Positions 13,270-26,891 of a stretch of DNA of 64,000 nucleotides are shown piece after piece. A program made the translations under genes and the position numbers. Location: positions 69,750,001-69,814,000 of the forward strand of contig OX597825.1 of NCBI GenBank assembly GCA_951406725.2, read 5' to 3'. This stretch comes from Octopus vulgaris (Eukaryota). Under the pieces are notes generated by a model. It saw only the letters and a list, made by a program, of their open reading frames with translations, did not search any database and was not told the origin of the DNA. Each line of letters starts with the position of its first letter. Position 1 is the first letter of the stretch.

Positions 13270-13750
13270 CATACAGAAGTCATTTTTTACTCCATGCATA
13301 GAGGAAAGCATATGCGAATAGTCGTTGCGTATGGAATAACCGATGCCATAGTTTCTGCTGTAAATATACTCTACATAAATATGGAAGCTCAATTTCTCTC
13401 TCCTGATGGTGATACTGACGGTTCTGATATCCAATTAGGTGTCCTTCAGGATTGCGCATTGACATATATTTTCATAATCACTCTGGTGTATGCATGCTAT
13501 TGAACAAAATCTCCGTTTTACGACGACACAAAGGAGGTGTTAGCGAAACCTGTCACCTGTCATGTGTGGTACAGATTTTGATGAAAATACAGCTCTTTCT
13601 AGCTACTGTTGAGAGAAACAACTCGCGGAAGACACAACAGAAGAAGTCCTGCTCCTCAAAACTTCCTCGATTAATTCTCAGACGATACAAACGTGAGCAA
13701 GAGGAACTTGTGTAGAGCAATGGAAACTCGTGAATTGTGGAGAGACTGTC
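13270..13750 (+). mobile_element. Degraded RTE/RTEX-type LINE reverse transcriptase fragment
   Basis: HRGKHMRIVVAYGI...SPDGDTDGSDIQLGVLQD...YIFII resembles RT motifs (SPDGDT..F....GVLQGD.LAP.LFII); internally deleted. Confidence 0.7.
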
Positions 13751-13769
13751 AGAAATATGAGACCGTATC

Positions 13770-14178
13770 TTTTACTTGTTTCAGTGATTAGACTGCAGTC
13801 ATGCTGGCGAACTGCCTAGAATCAATTTTAGCTGAATGAATCGACCCAAGTACTTATACTTTTTAAAGCCTTCTACTTATTCTATCGGCACTTTGGCCAA
13901 ACCGCTAAGTTACTGGGATGTAAACACATGAGTATCTATCGACAAGAGGTAGTGTGGGATAAACTCAGACACAGCCACACACACACACATATTTACATAT
14001 ATATATCGTTAGCCACTATACACATTTTCTCTCTCCTTGTTTCTCTCTTTGTTTTTTTCTGTAGAAGAGCGTAGGCTCGAAACGTAAAATACTTTTTTCT
14101 ATTCCTGAGCGTTATACTAATACATCTGTTTGTTTTGTACACCATCTGTCTTCGTCTTTTGTTTCTTTCGTAATCTCT

Positions 14179-14214
<36 letters not shown>

Positions 14215-14343
14215 AGGCTTCTTTCAATTTCCGTCTACCAAATCCATTCACAAGGCTTTGGTCGGCCCGAGGCTATGGTAGAAAACACTTCAAGGAAGAC
14301 CCGAAGCCATGTGGATGGGAAGCAAGCTTCTTAATATACAGCC
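13770..14343 (-). mobile_element. SINE family C, degenerate, with a hammerhead-family element inserted in its internal microsatellite
   Basis: 3' half at 13770-13990 and 5' half at 14215-14343 flank 14005-14180. Confidence 0.7.
14005..14180 (+). mobile_element. About 180-bp (TA)n-associated element with variant hammerhead at 14055-14090
   Basis: ttt-CTGTAGA-a-GAGC-gtag-GCTC-GAAAC-GTA-aaa; copies at 33685 and 42975, relative at 56655. Confidence 0.75.
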
Positions 14344-14345
14344 TT

Positions 14346-14407
<62 letters not shown>

Positions 14408-15498
14408 CATATTTAAAATATGTGTGACCTCATATCAACATGAGATGATAGCCGATACATTCAAGCAGAAATATTATGAAGGACACTAATTGGATTTCAA
14501 AAACCTCCATATCACCATCGTGGGAGAGAAATTGAGCTTCCATGACTCAATCTATCAAAATATAAAATATAAGAAAGATAATAAAATTAGAAGATAGAAA
14601 TATTAGAAAAAAAGGTTGTCTATTTTTTTATAAACAATTCAGCATAATTTTCTTTTGAAAACAGCTTAGCTGGTGTTATGAAAGTAATATGAAGATGTTT
14701 CATTTCCGCCAAACCGCTCGAAACATTGCAGCTGTTGATTGAGAGATAAGTAGGCTGTTTATTAGAGAAGACCTCTCTAAGAACAATACAGCTAAATACA
14801 TTTTGATTAGTGTGTAGAGGTTTCTAGTACAGGAATCTTATGTGAATTAGTCTAATAATTACAACATTTTCGTTTCGTACAGGCTTTTCTTTTTATGTTT
14901 GAATTGTTTAATTTGTCTGTTATACAACTGAATCGAAAGATCAAGTCTAACTATGTAATGAGTAATTACTTTGTGATACAATCATGTTATTTAGTTTGCT
15001 GTATGTAACAATTTGCTTTGCTAAAGACTAATCGTTTGTCAAGTCTTTGCTAAAATCACCTGCGAACAGCAATCAAAATAAATAGTCAAAATAAACAAGC
15101 AGTACACAAATCTATAAAGTAGGTATTTTTTTTCTCGTTTCGTTCATGTCTAAAATCTCGAATGTCTGTAATTGAAGTCATTTCCAAAGGTATTTACGGA
15201 ATAGAAATGCAGTAAAAAAAAAAAAAAAAATATCGAAACTCGGTGAAAGTCTAATCTTCACCTAAGACATTTCTTTTGCAGTTCACATCAGTACATAACG
15301 TGCTTTACATAATTGTACTGGTACAATACCTGATTTTTAACCTGCGTAAATAAGGTAAATAATTCTTTTAATGTGTTTTTCGTACATTATTCAAGAAAAA
15401 AAATTAGTCGGATTAACTCTTATTTCCGTGGAGAAATTAGTCGGATTAACTCTTATTATTTCCGTGGAGAAATATATATATAACTATACATGTACATA

Positions 15499-16950
15499 CA
15501 GGGTTCAATGTGTAAATTGTCGCCCTTTATGTTTTTTATTTCGCGCAACTGTATTGCTTCTTTTTGATTTTGTCGACTACACAGTACAGGAGGGTCTGAT
15601 GGGCACCGTCTGTGAGGAAAAAAGGGCACCCTGACGCAATTCACACTGCCAGTAATTTGGAAATGACATATTTTACTGCTTGGCATTCGCGACGAAATCT
15701 CCAGTGAAAATATTTCAGAGTGTTTTGGTGTCAATCTGAAGACAGCGCAATCTGAGGACATGTACTGAGAGTAATAAAAATCAAACATCCAGTCCACATC
15801 ATGGTGTTTCGAATGATCACTAGTGATGGCGACGTTATGCCTCCATTCCTCTTCCCATTCGGCCTCATTCTCAACACGGAGTCCAACATCAAGTGCTAGA
15901 GAGGTAGTGCTGCCCTGGGTCAAGAGGGTGGCTGCTGGAAGACTCTATGTCTAGCAGCAAGACGTGGTACCATGCCACACACGCAAGATAACCCAGTCAT
16001 GGCTGTCAGACAATTTCTACGACCACATCATCCATAACATCTGTCCACCTAACTACCCAGACTGCAACCACCTTGATTATCATGTATGGGACGCAGTTGA
16101 GCAAGAAACCAACAAAACTCCTTGTAACACCAAAAATGAACTGAAGGCAAGGATTATGGTAGCATTCACTAAATTAAACAAGAGGGCCGTATAAAAGAGT
16201 TGCAGGAGACTCCGAAGTCTTCAGGAGGTTGTGGTCTTCTTCTTCTTCTTCTTCTTCTTCTTCTTCTTCTTCTTCTTCTTCTTCTTCTTCTTCTTCTTCT
16301 TCTTCTTCTTCCAATCAGGACTCATGCCATTAGCCACAAAGAATAATCTCTAATTCGAACCTACTCTAAGCTACTAAGAATGCGTGCAGCAACTTGAAGA
16401 TCCACCCACCACACGCGATAGACTGGCGGTTGAACGGGCGCGAAAGCTACGTTGTTATCCTCATTTCGTAAACGGTGGCTTTTAACAAGTGGAGAGCTGA
16501 ACCATCCTGGGGTACAGAGGCTTCGCAATCTAGACTAGGGTCTGAAAATTTGCCACATCATAGTGGGTTACACCATGGTTCCTCTGCTTTGTAGGAAGAA
16601 AGAGTGAGAGAAAGTTGTGGTGAAAGAGTACAACGGGGTTCACCCAACCAACCACCCTGTCGGAGACTCGTGGAGCTTAGGTGTTTTTGCTCACTAAACA
16701 CTCACAATGCCCGGTCTGGGAATCGAAACCGCGTTCTTACGACCGCGAGTAAGCTGCCCTAACCACTGGGCCATTGCGGCTCCACGGAGGTTGTGGTTGA
16801 AGCCAATGGCAATTTTATTGAATAGATTTACTCTTTAGTATTGCAAGACATTTTTTAATGTAATTTTGGTAAATATAACTGTTAAAATGAGATGTCAGTG
16901 TTATTTACATTTTTGTGTAATGTACACAGAAATATATTCACAACACCCTG
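15499..16950 (+). mobile_element. Tc1/mariner superfamily maT (DD37D) transposon relic
   Basis: Ends CAGGGT...ACCCTG. Transposase remnants HIMVF...GDVMPP and QQD-(37 aa)-D in PPNYPDCNHLDY; stops and frameshifts. Confidence 0.85.
16236..16785 (-). mobile_element. SINE with family A head/core but a different 3' tail ending in (GAA)n
   Basis: 16594-16785 matches family A; 12-bp TSD ggaggttgtggt at 16224-16235 and 16786-16797 inside the maT transposase. Confidence 0.85.
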
Positions 16951-17714
16951 AATTATATATATGAAATACACTTGTTTACATCACTAACGTGTTGACCAGT
17001 TATTTAATCGACATAACGATCTAAACGTCGTCAGATATTTTGATCGATATATCTTGAATTCCTTCCAAGCAGAACAGGAATATTGCATTTTTCATTTCTA
17101 CGTGACACTGCCTGTTAACCAGAATATTATAGCGCTGACCGAAAGACCAGACATCGTACAAGAGGAGACCCTAATGTCTTGTTATTGATTCTCACTTAAA
17201 CCAGCATAGTAATAGAATACCAAAAGCTAGGGATCAATGCATTCGTGTGGATGACCTTCATAATAATTGCAGTTGAAGTAGAAAATTAAGATTTCACTGC
17301 CACAAAAGATGCAATGAAGTTCTTCCACAAATGTTGTGAGAGGCATGACTGCAAAATTAGTTGGATACCTGCTAAAGGAGGTAGCTGCAATAAATGATTA
17401 ACTGGCAATATATTCTGCATCCGGACTTGAATAACTTTCCGATTACGTGTGATCGCTTAACGTAGCGTATGTACTACATGGTTGTATGTAACTCCCCCTC
17501 TCTCTCTATCTATCTAGAGAGATAGATAAATACATATATAGAGAGATAGATAAATAATACATGTATACTCACAAATATACATGCATACATAATACATAGA
17601 TATACTTGTCATATCAAATGTTGATTGTCTACTTAGATTGTCACACTATGCTGAAGTGAAACTTTCGATAGACTGGCTAACTTTTGGGATAATAAACACA
17701 CGCACACTGACAAA

Positions 17715-17765
<51 letters not shown>

Positions 17766-17768
<3 letters not shown>

Positions 17769-18038
17769 AAATTTAGAGGACTGACCACTAAAGGTGGACA
17801 GCCTATACGCTAAACATAGACCTCAAATCACCATTACTACGAAGAATGTGTTCTCAAGAAAAATCTCAGCAAAAATCATCAGCGATTTTACGTATAGGTT
17901 TAGCATATAGGCTGTCCACTTTTAGTGGTCAGTCCTCTAAATTTTGTATGTAAAAAGATTGTTAATCTTCGGATTTTTAAAAAATATGCTAGGTCACTGG
18001 TTTTAATTGATTAATATCAATTTCTACCCTTATCTAAT

Positions 18039-18040
<2 letters not shown>
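17766..18040. mobile_element. TA-flanked insert with 50-bp inverted repeat (Penelope-like end)
   Basis: 17766-17815 is the reverse complement of 17898-17947 with 2 mismatches; lone CTGATGA on minus strand at 17876-17882. Confidence 0.6.
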
Positions 18041-18091
<51 letters not shown>

Positions 18092-18111
18092 TTTTATACG
18101 TGCATTGCATA

Positions 18112-18154
<43 letters not shown>

Positions 18155-18565
18155 GACTATACATATAACAGTCTATACATAGTATATAATATAATTTACA
18201 TATATGAAATATGTGTCTGTATAGGTGAGTGTACGTATGTATATATGTATGTATGTACATATGTACGAATGCATGCATTTATGTATGTACAAGTTGACCA
18301 GGCAGAATCATTAACACGACAGGCAAAATGCTGAGCACATTTCTCCGTCTATACGCTATGAGTTCAAATTACAACGAGGTCGACACTATCTGTTACCTTT
18401 CATCCTTTCCCGGTAAATAAAAATATGTACCGGTTGAACACTTGGGTGGATGTCATCAACATACCGCCTCTTCGAACGTGCTGGTCTTGTGCCTAAAATT
18501 TGAAACTAGCACACAGTCACACACGGACACACACACTCGTGTGTATATACATATATACATATATA

Positions 18566-18804
18566 CTAGCAGTATCGCCCGGCGTTGCGGTTTGTTTAGA
18601 CCCTTTAGAATTGGAATTTTTGACAAGTAAAAATTTGGCAGTATGTAGCTTGTTATTCTCTTTAAGTGAAATACACCGAAAAATGGCGACACAGCAGTCA
18701 AAACATCGTAAAAAATAATGACTTTCATTGAAAAAAGGCACCTTTTTTATGTAAATTTGAATTTTTTCTTCTACAGAAGGAAGAGTTAACCTTCTTCTAT
18801 CATA

Positions 18805-18810
<6 letters not shown>
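18566..18810 (-). mobile_element. Helitron-like family H1, partial
   Basis: ctagcagtatcgcccggcgttgc matches 4254. Confidence 0.75.
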
Positions 18811-18841
<31 letters not shown>

Positions 18842-19281
18842 GAAAAAACCCTCCAGGCTACATACCGAAAATTCATTTCTTTGCCGAATTTCTACAATGA
18901 TTACGGCGATTCGCTTTTATTTCTTGATTTTTTTTATTTTTCATGCAATTTACGCATGCTTGCACGCGTGGTGAACACAGTTCACGTCAAACAGCTGACT
19001 GAGTAAAGTTCACTATTCAATGCATGGGATAAGGCCTAAACAAACACATTATCGAGTTTTGCACTTGCGAGATGAATTTTTGGAACAGAAATAGCGCAGT
19101 TCAATTTTCCTTCGCCTAAACTTTAAGTGACCCATTTTTGATGGTTCTACGATTTGTTGACTAGGATGAGATTGCCAGGAAGTTAAACACACAGACACAC
19201 AGACACACAAGTTGAGTTTTATATATATAGATATATATGTACGTATATATATCTACGTATATATATGTACGTATATATATG

Positions 19282-19312
<31 letters not shown>

Positions 19313-20065
19313 ATATATATGTAGGTATGTATGTATATATGTATGTATGTATATATGTATGAATATATATGAATGTAAATATATATGTATGTATGTATAT
19401 ATGAATGTAAATATATATGTATGTATATATATGTACATATATGTATATATGTATATATATATATATGTGTGTGTGTGTGTATATATATATGTATATATAT
19501 GTGTATATGTATATATATACATGTATATATATATATATATATATACATGTACACATGTATATATAAAGAGAGAGGGGGAGTTAAAGAGAGCGAGAGTCAA
19601 TTTCCTTTCATTATTGAGTCTATTATTGTGCTTATTCTAAATAACAAAATGTTTAGCATCAAATTTATTCAGTGTTTTTACGGCGATTTCAATACGCAGT
19701 TGCGGATAGATTCTAATAATTGCATGTCTTCCCATTTTAAACTAGACTTGTATTTCATTTGCTGTATGTATTCAAGTTTCTGTATTTATGAGGTGTTGAC
19801 GTGTTAAGATGTCAGTAGCTAGTATCTCATGTTCTAACAGCTGTCGGTGTCAAACGTATCAAATATATTTGAATTATTCTTTAAATTTTATTGGATTTAT
19901 GACTATGAAACCTTGCTTTCGCGTGTAATGTGATTTATTTACAGTTGCATAACAATTCTATTCAACAAACATTTTCCATTGTAGATAAAATTATGTAAAA
20001 AGTTTTGAATGAAGCGGTGAATGAATGTCATTTTATTGACTTCGTTGTGAATTACAATAAAAATA

Positions 20066-20668
20066 GTGCGGTGATCTGGCAGAAACGTTAGCACACTGGG
20101 CGAAATGCTTAGCAGTATTTCGTCTTTCACTACGTTCTGAGTTCAAATTCCACCGAGGTCGACATTGCCTTTCATCCTTTCGGGGTCGATTAAATAAGTA
20201 TCAGTTATGCACTGGGGTCGATGTAATCGACTTAATCCGTTTGTATATCCTTGTTTGTCCTCTCTGTGTGTAGCCCCTTGTGGGCAGTAAAGAAATAGGT
20301 ATTTCGTCTACCACTACGTTTTGAGTTCAAATTCGCCGAGGTCGACTTTGCCTTTCATCCTTTCGGGGTCGATTAAATAAGTACCAGTTACGCACTGGGG
20401 TCGATATAATCGACTTAATTTGTCTGTTTGTCCTTGTTTGTCCCCACTATGTTTAGCTCCTTGTGGGCAATAAAGAAATAAGAAACATTAGCATGCCGCT
20501 AATTTGCGTGCCGTCCGTCCTTATGTTCTGAGTTGAAATACCATCGAAGTCGACTTTGCTCTTCATCCTTCAGGGATTGATAAAATAAGTACAGTAAGTA
20601 CCAGTCGAGCACTGGGTTAATGTAATAGACTTACCCCTTCACCGAAATTGCTCGCCTATGCCAAAAAT
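20066..20668 (+). mobile_element. SINE family B multimer (head, two 184-bp units, then a degenerate third copy)
   Basis: gtatttcgtc at 20115 and 20299; junction aagaaatag/gtatttcgtc. Confidence 0.85.
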
Positions 20669-20678
20669 ATGAAACTAT

Positions 20679-21020
20679 CTTGAGACCCCCTTCGGTCACG
20701 ACACTGACCATGGGATTGCACCTAGAAAGTTACCTTCCCACGCAAATGTCCGGGCACGGTTGTTTATAGAAGACCAGCAGTCGCCCATGCATACCGGCCT
20801 CCCCTCTCCACGCCACTAATGTTATCCAAGGGAAAGACAAAGACCGATAGAGCTTGTCACCTGTGACGTTGCAACTCATTTCTACAGCTGAGTGAACTGG
20901 AGCCAAAGTGAAATAAAGTGTCTTGCTCAAGAACACAACACGCAGCCCGGTCCGGGATTTGAGCTCACAACCTCCCGTTCGTAAGCTCGACGTTCGAACC
21001 ACTGATCCATGCGCCTTCAC
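20679..21020 (-). mobile_element. tRNA-derived SINE family D (V-domain-like core)
   Basis: Reverse complement of 43746-44086; TSD atgaaactat at 20669-20678 and 21021-21030. Confidence 0.88.
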
Positions 21021-21806
21021 ATGAAACTATTGTTAACTACAATAAAGTGGTGAGCATGTAGAAGCGTTACTATGTCAGACAATACGCTTAGAGTATTTTA
21101 TTCCGTCTTTACCTTATGATTTCAAGTTTAGCAGTGTTAGGCTGAGTCTTTCATCATTTCGGAGTTGATAAAATAAGTACCAGTAAAATACTGGGGTCCA
21201 TTTACTCAACCTACACTTCCCAACAAATTTCAGTCTTTGTACATCAAGCTTTTTTCTTTTATTCTTTTATTTGTTTCAGTCATATGACTGTGGCCATGCT
21301 GGAGCACAACCAGTAGAAAACTTTATGAAATTTAGAAAAAAGTGTCGAGATGCTAGACTCGTTAGAACGCAGGGCAAAATGCTTAATGCTATTTCTTATG
21401 GTTTTATGTTCTGAGATTAAAAACCACCGAGGTGGACTATGCCATTCATCAACTTCTGAGAGTGATTTATTTCATCGATCCTTAAACTGAAATGACAGAA
21501 ATAAAATTGTTCACCTGTAACTCAGGTATCCTTTCTTAATTTACATTATTGAACCACAGCCAACACTGGTAATCAAATGATGGTGTAAAGGCTCAGGCAT
21601 AAACAAAGACACACGCTTGCATACACATGCGCGCGCATGCATATATATTTACAAATGAACTTCCACCCATTATCTGTCTTCCATATTTAATCACAAAGAA
21701 TTAAGGCTATATTGGAAGATTAGTCCAAAGTGCTACGCAGTGGGACTAAACAATATGTGTGTGTGTATTTGTGTTTCTGTGTGCATATACATGTATGTAT
21801 GTACGA

Positions 21807-21846
<40 letters not shown>

Positions 21847-22460
21847 TAAATTAGAGATAAAACCACTATTAGGCAAATCAAACAATGAAAAACATAAACC
21901 AAAACATAAAAATAAACATAATTAATATAATATACAAAATATATAAAATATAAAATTTAAAATTTGAATTATTTAAATTTAAAATTTTTAATTTATATTT
22001 ATAAATTTTATATTTTTTAAATTTTAAATTAATAAATTTTTAAATTTTAAAATTTGTTTATTTAATTTTTTTTTTAATATATATAACTATCAAAAAGTAT
22101 TAAAAAGTTTAATATAAGATATATATGTATGAGGTATGTGTGTGTGCGCGTGTACGTGTGTATGTATGTGCGTAAGCGTATAAGCGTTCACCGTGCATTG
22201 GTTATAGAAAATTGTCTAATATTGGACCAAATAAGCCCTCGAGAAAAAGAAAGGGTATTAGAATGCACAGGAACTGAACCCGCACCCATTATTTCCTCAC
22301 ACGTACTAACACCAACTTTTGCCGTCGAGGGCTAATTATACTCCAATATTAGACTATTTTCCATAGCCAATACACGGTGAATGCTTATAAGATTAAAGCT
22401 TTAATTATTACATAATATTCACTCGTCAACGTTACTTAATTTAACGCATAATACATACAC

Positions 22461-22540
<80 letters not shown>

Positions 22541-23489
22541 GTTTGTATACTGGCATATAAATTGTTTGAAGTTTTTCTAGGAAAAGAAGACGGAATGCTA
22601 TCGAAGTTTATACGTCTTATTCTTTTGTGAGTTGTTCTGTGACGTTCTAGCGCCAATCTTAGTTTTGCACGAATATATATTTTACTCACGGGTACACACG
22701 CACAAACTCACACATATATGAAACCATTGGTATGCGTGTAAATAAAACGAGAAGCGTAGAACATTAAATAACAAGATGGACATAGACGATAAACGCATGT
22801 ACACACACCATACATAATATTTAAGGACAGGACAGCATATTGCTCTGATTAAATGGAAATAGCAGCATGACGTATGCACTTCAATGTTTGCTTAAGTGAT
22901 AATTGCGATTACATGTGTATTATAATTACGCGCTACGGTACGGGGCTATCAGCTTTCAGTCTTGCATAATGACATAATGGTAACCGAAGTCAACAAATGC
23001 TGCTCCGTGACGAGTAATTCCATATCAGCATTTCATGAGCATACATAAATATTTCAAAAGAAATCCGAAACGATTAGAGAGACATGCATATGCATATTAT
23101 TGCATATTATTACAATTGCAAATGCCGACAATTTACAGCAATCTATTTTGTGTAAAGGAGATTTCCATCACATAATCAGGCTTACTGTAAATAATAACCT
23201 GTTTTTACAACTCATCATTGCTTCTCGGTCATTTTCTACACGACCTTTTTTTTTCCAGGTAAATATTAGACAAATGTAAACAGAATAATAATCATTTAAT
23301 CAATATCATTTCAGCACAACGATAATTTCCTTTCCGAGAGAAAAGATCAAACGCTCAAACATTACAGATTCATGGAAAATACCCACACGTGTGTATTTGA
23401 GAACATTCAACGGCGGTTTATGCTTGTCTATGCATTCAAGACATTATGCCTCAAAGGACAGCAAAGCCTGCTTATAATTCAGGAAAAGA

Positions 23490-23990
23490 CGCGGCATTTC
23501 CTCTGCCTTTACATTCTGAGTTCAAATTCCACCGAGGTCGACTTTCAACCTTTCAACCTTTCGTGGTCGATGAATTAAGGACCACTTACGTACTGGGTTT
23601 GTTCTAATCGACTGTTTTCCTCTACCCCCAAAATTTCGGGCCTTGTGCCTAGAGTAAAAAGAATATATCGATATAAAAACGAAGGCGGTGGGCTGGCAGA
23701 AACGTTAGCACGTCGAGGGAAATACTTAGCAGGGTTTCGTCTGTCTTTGCGTCCTGAGTTCAAAACCGCCGAGGTCGTCTTTGCATTTCATCCTTTCATG
23801 GGTCGATAAACTAAGTACCAGTTACGTACTGGGTTCGGTCTAATCGAATGGTCCGCCTCCTCCCCAAATTTCGGGCCTTGTGCCTAGAGTAGAAAAGAAT
23901 ATGCCGATATAAAAACAAATGCGGGCCGACCTAATCGACTGGCCCCCATCCCCAAAATTTCGGGCCTGGTACCTAGAGAAGAAAAGGATA
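23490..23990 (+). mobile_element. Cluster of SINE family B copies with the alternative tail (ccccaaatttcgggccttgtgcctagagtagaaaag)
   Basis: Three tail copies, each followed by gatataaaaac. Confidence 0.8.
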
Positions 23991-24234
23991 TAAAAACGCC
24001 ATGTTAAAAATTCAAGAAACGTAAAATGGGATGAATAATATGGCTGTGTGATGAAATCCCTTCGTTTGCAAACGATTCACTGTAGTCCGATCACATCCCG
24101 AAGAAATTTACTATGATTCCCTTCTAAAATATCCTTCGATGAACTCATAATTCTTCCCTGAAATTTGGTTGATAGAAATCATCCTTCGTTTATTACACAC
24201 ACACAGTCATATGTATGTAACTGTGTTTCTGTAC

Positions 24235-24276
<42 letters not shown>

Positions 24277-24447
24277 TTCAAATTACGATGAACATAAACT
24301 AACAAACGAAGTTTGCTTTAGAAGCGTTGAGATGTCTTAGAAAGTTAAAGAAGTGATTTTAAAGTTTCAAACGCAGGATTATGCTAATACTGTAGCCTGA
24401 ACGAGATAAGCTACCCCTATTTTGCAGAAACTAGTGTTGGCGGCCGG

Positions 24448-24480
<33 letters not shown>

Positions 24481-24508
24481 CACATACATACACACACACA
24501 GACACACA

Positions 24509-24622
<114 letters not shown>

Positions 24623-25469
24623 TGAAATGGCTATATTTCAAAGCAAGAACGCACAAAGTCACAAATAATATCCTACAAATATTGGTTTAAGAACTCATTG
24701 AATAGAAAGATTCGAACGCTACCCTGTTTATGTTTACACTAACTGATTCAAAGGCGTCGGGCAGCCTCGATTTTTCTATACGGTAGGTTTTCTCATAAAT
24801 TATTTACACGCTATAATTTATTGAACCTACATCTTCTCTAGATATTGTAGGACGTTTGCCAGTAGACTAACACCGTCCAATGAAATTCTCTATCAATTTC
24901 AGAAGGTTTAATCTTAGTATCTAGGACTGTGTGTTGTTAGCACACTATTAATTTATGAACTTCGAGGGAACGCGAGATAATTGTAATAAGAAAGAATCAC
25001 ATCATCGAAATCTTGAAGCAACAATACAATGCACAATCAATTCAAAACCTTGTGAATAAATAAGCATTATGTTTGACAGAATAATCTGAATGCTAAAGGA
25101 TTAATACCATACAATATCCATTTAGGCCATCATTGCCGCTTTTTCAATTCGTTATTTTAAGACTTAACAAAATGCGCAGAAGTCCAATGTTGCCGGTTTC
25201 TTCAACTGACGTTCGTCTCTCATTGAAATCTATTTCATCACGATAATGTTAGACATCAATATTTGCATCATTAAGTAAATATCTCCGTGGTGGTAACTTG
25301 GCAGCATCGTTTGCGCGACGGACAGAAAAACACATCATCCACTGTTTATTCTGACTCTAAATTCTACGTTTGAATCGCCCCGGTGTCAGCAGTGCATTCT
25401 ATCTGTCCAGGAATTATACAATAAATTAACAGTCAAGAATTTCGGTGAAGATTAAATTAGAAATAATGT

Positions 25470-25680
25470 TTCCAGATTTTGGGACAAGGACAGCAATATC
25501 ATGGTGGGGCTAAATCGAGTATGTCGATACATGTCTTCAACAGGTACTTATTTCAGCGACCTCGAAAGGATGCAAGGCAAAGTCGACCTCGGTAGAATTT
25601 GACTCAGAAAGTAAAGACAGATGAAATGTCGGTAAGAATTTTGCCCGGCATACTAACGATTCTGCCATCACGCCGCCTTT
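25470..25680 (-). mobile_element. SINE family B, degenerate
   Basis: ggtacttatttcagcgacctcgaaaggatgcaaggcaaagtcgacctcgg. Confidence 0.75.
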
Positions 25681-25891
25681 AAATATAAAAAAAAATTAAA
25701 AAATCGAATTATGTAAGTGTGACACGAACCTGCATTACCTGTAAATGGGACAGATGTTCTACCATTAGACCATTGCAACCATTCAATTTTGGTCTCTGTT
25801 TTAGAAACGATTTTTCTAACTAACCAGGGTAACCGTCATTGACATCATGAGAAATTAGAAAGTTAAAGCTACGAATAATAGTGCGTAAATA

Positions 25892-26483
25892 TTCCTTTCT
25901 ACTCTAGGCAGAAGGCCCGAAATTTGGTGGGAGGTGGCCAGTCGATTAGATCGATCTCAGTACGCAACTAGTACTTAGATTATCCATCCCCGAAAGGATA
26001 AAACGCAAAGTCGACCTCGGCGGAATTTGAACTCAGAATGTAGAGATAGACGAAATACCGCTAAGCATTTCACCCTGTGTGCTAACGTTTCTTTTCTGCT
26101 CTAGTCATAAGGCCCGAAATTTTGGGGGAGGAGGCCAGTCGATTACATCGACCCCAGTACGCAATTGGTACTTAATTTATCGACCCCGAAAGGACAAACG
26201 GCAAGGTCGACCTCGGCGGAATTTGCACTCAGAACGTAACTACAGACGAAATACCTATTTCTTTACTACCCACAATGGGCTAAACACAGAGAGGACAAAC
26301 AAGGACAGACAAACGGATTAAGTCGATTATATCGATCCCAGTGCGTAACTGGTACTTATTTAATCGACCTCGAAAGGATGAAAGGCAAAGTGGACCTCGG
26401 CGGAATTTGAACTCAGAACGTAGCGGCAGACGAAATACCGCTTAGCATTTCGTCCGGTGCGCTAACATTTCTGCCAGCTCGCG
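25892..26483 (-). mobile_element. SINE family B trimer mixing two tail types
   Basis: Three bodies; gacgaaatac ends at 26254 and 26438 (184 apart); the same fixed junction at 26254/26255. Confidence 0.85.
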
Positions 26484-26891
26484 TATAAATATTGAGTTCG
26501 TAAAACAATTTTAATGGCAAAGTCTAAGGCTTAGAGATTCATTCTTCAAACAAAGTTCTGGAACTTTCTAAATTCTTACAACGTTAACATTATATCTACA
26601 TACCTTACCAGAGCATTTGATTAGTATACTGTTTTGAGTAATTTGATATTTTAGATAGCAAAATATTTATAATGTCATAAAAATGTTTAACTAAATTGAA
26701 GTTAAACATTTTCTTAAAATGTCGTAGGAAAGAAACTTTACAAATGAGAAAAGTGTGAACTTCCTAGACTTTCTATATATATATTGTCATTTTTAAAATA
26801 AATAACTTTACTGGTGGTAAGTCAACGCAATTATCAAGAAATGTACACAATTATATTACATCTACATATTTATATATCTTATCTACCTATA

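Noticed and set aside
21940-22120. Extremely AT-rich quasi-palindromic stretch
   Set aside because: Low complexity; the complementarity is expected by chance
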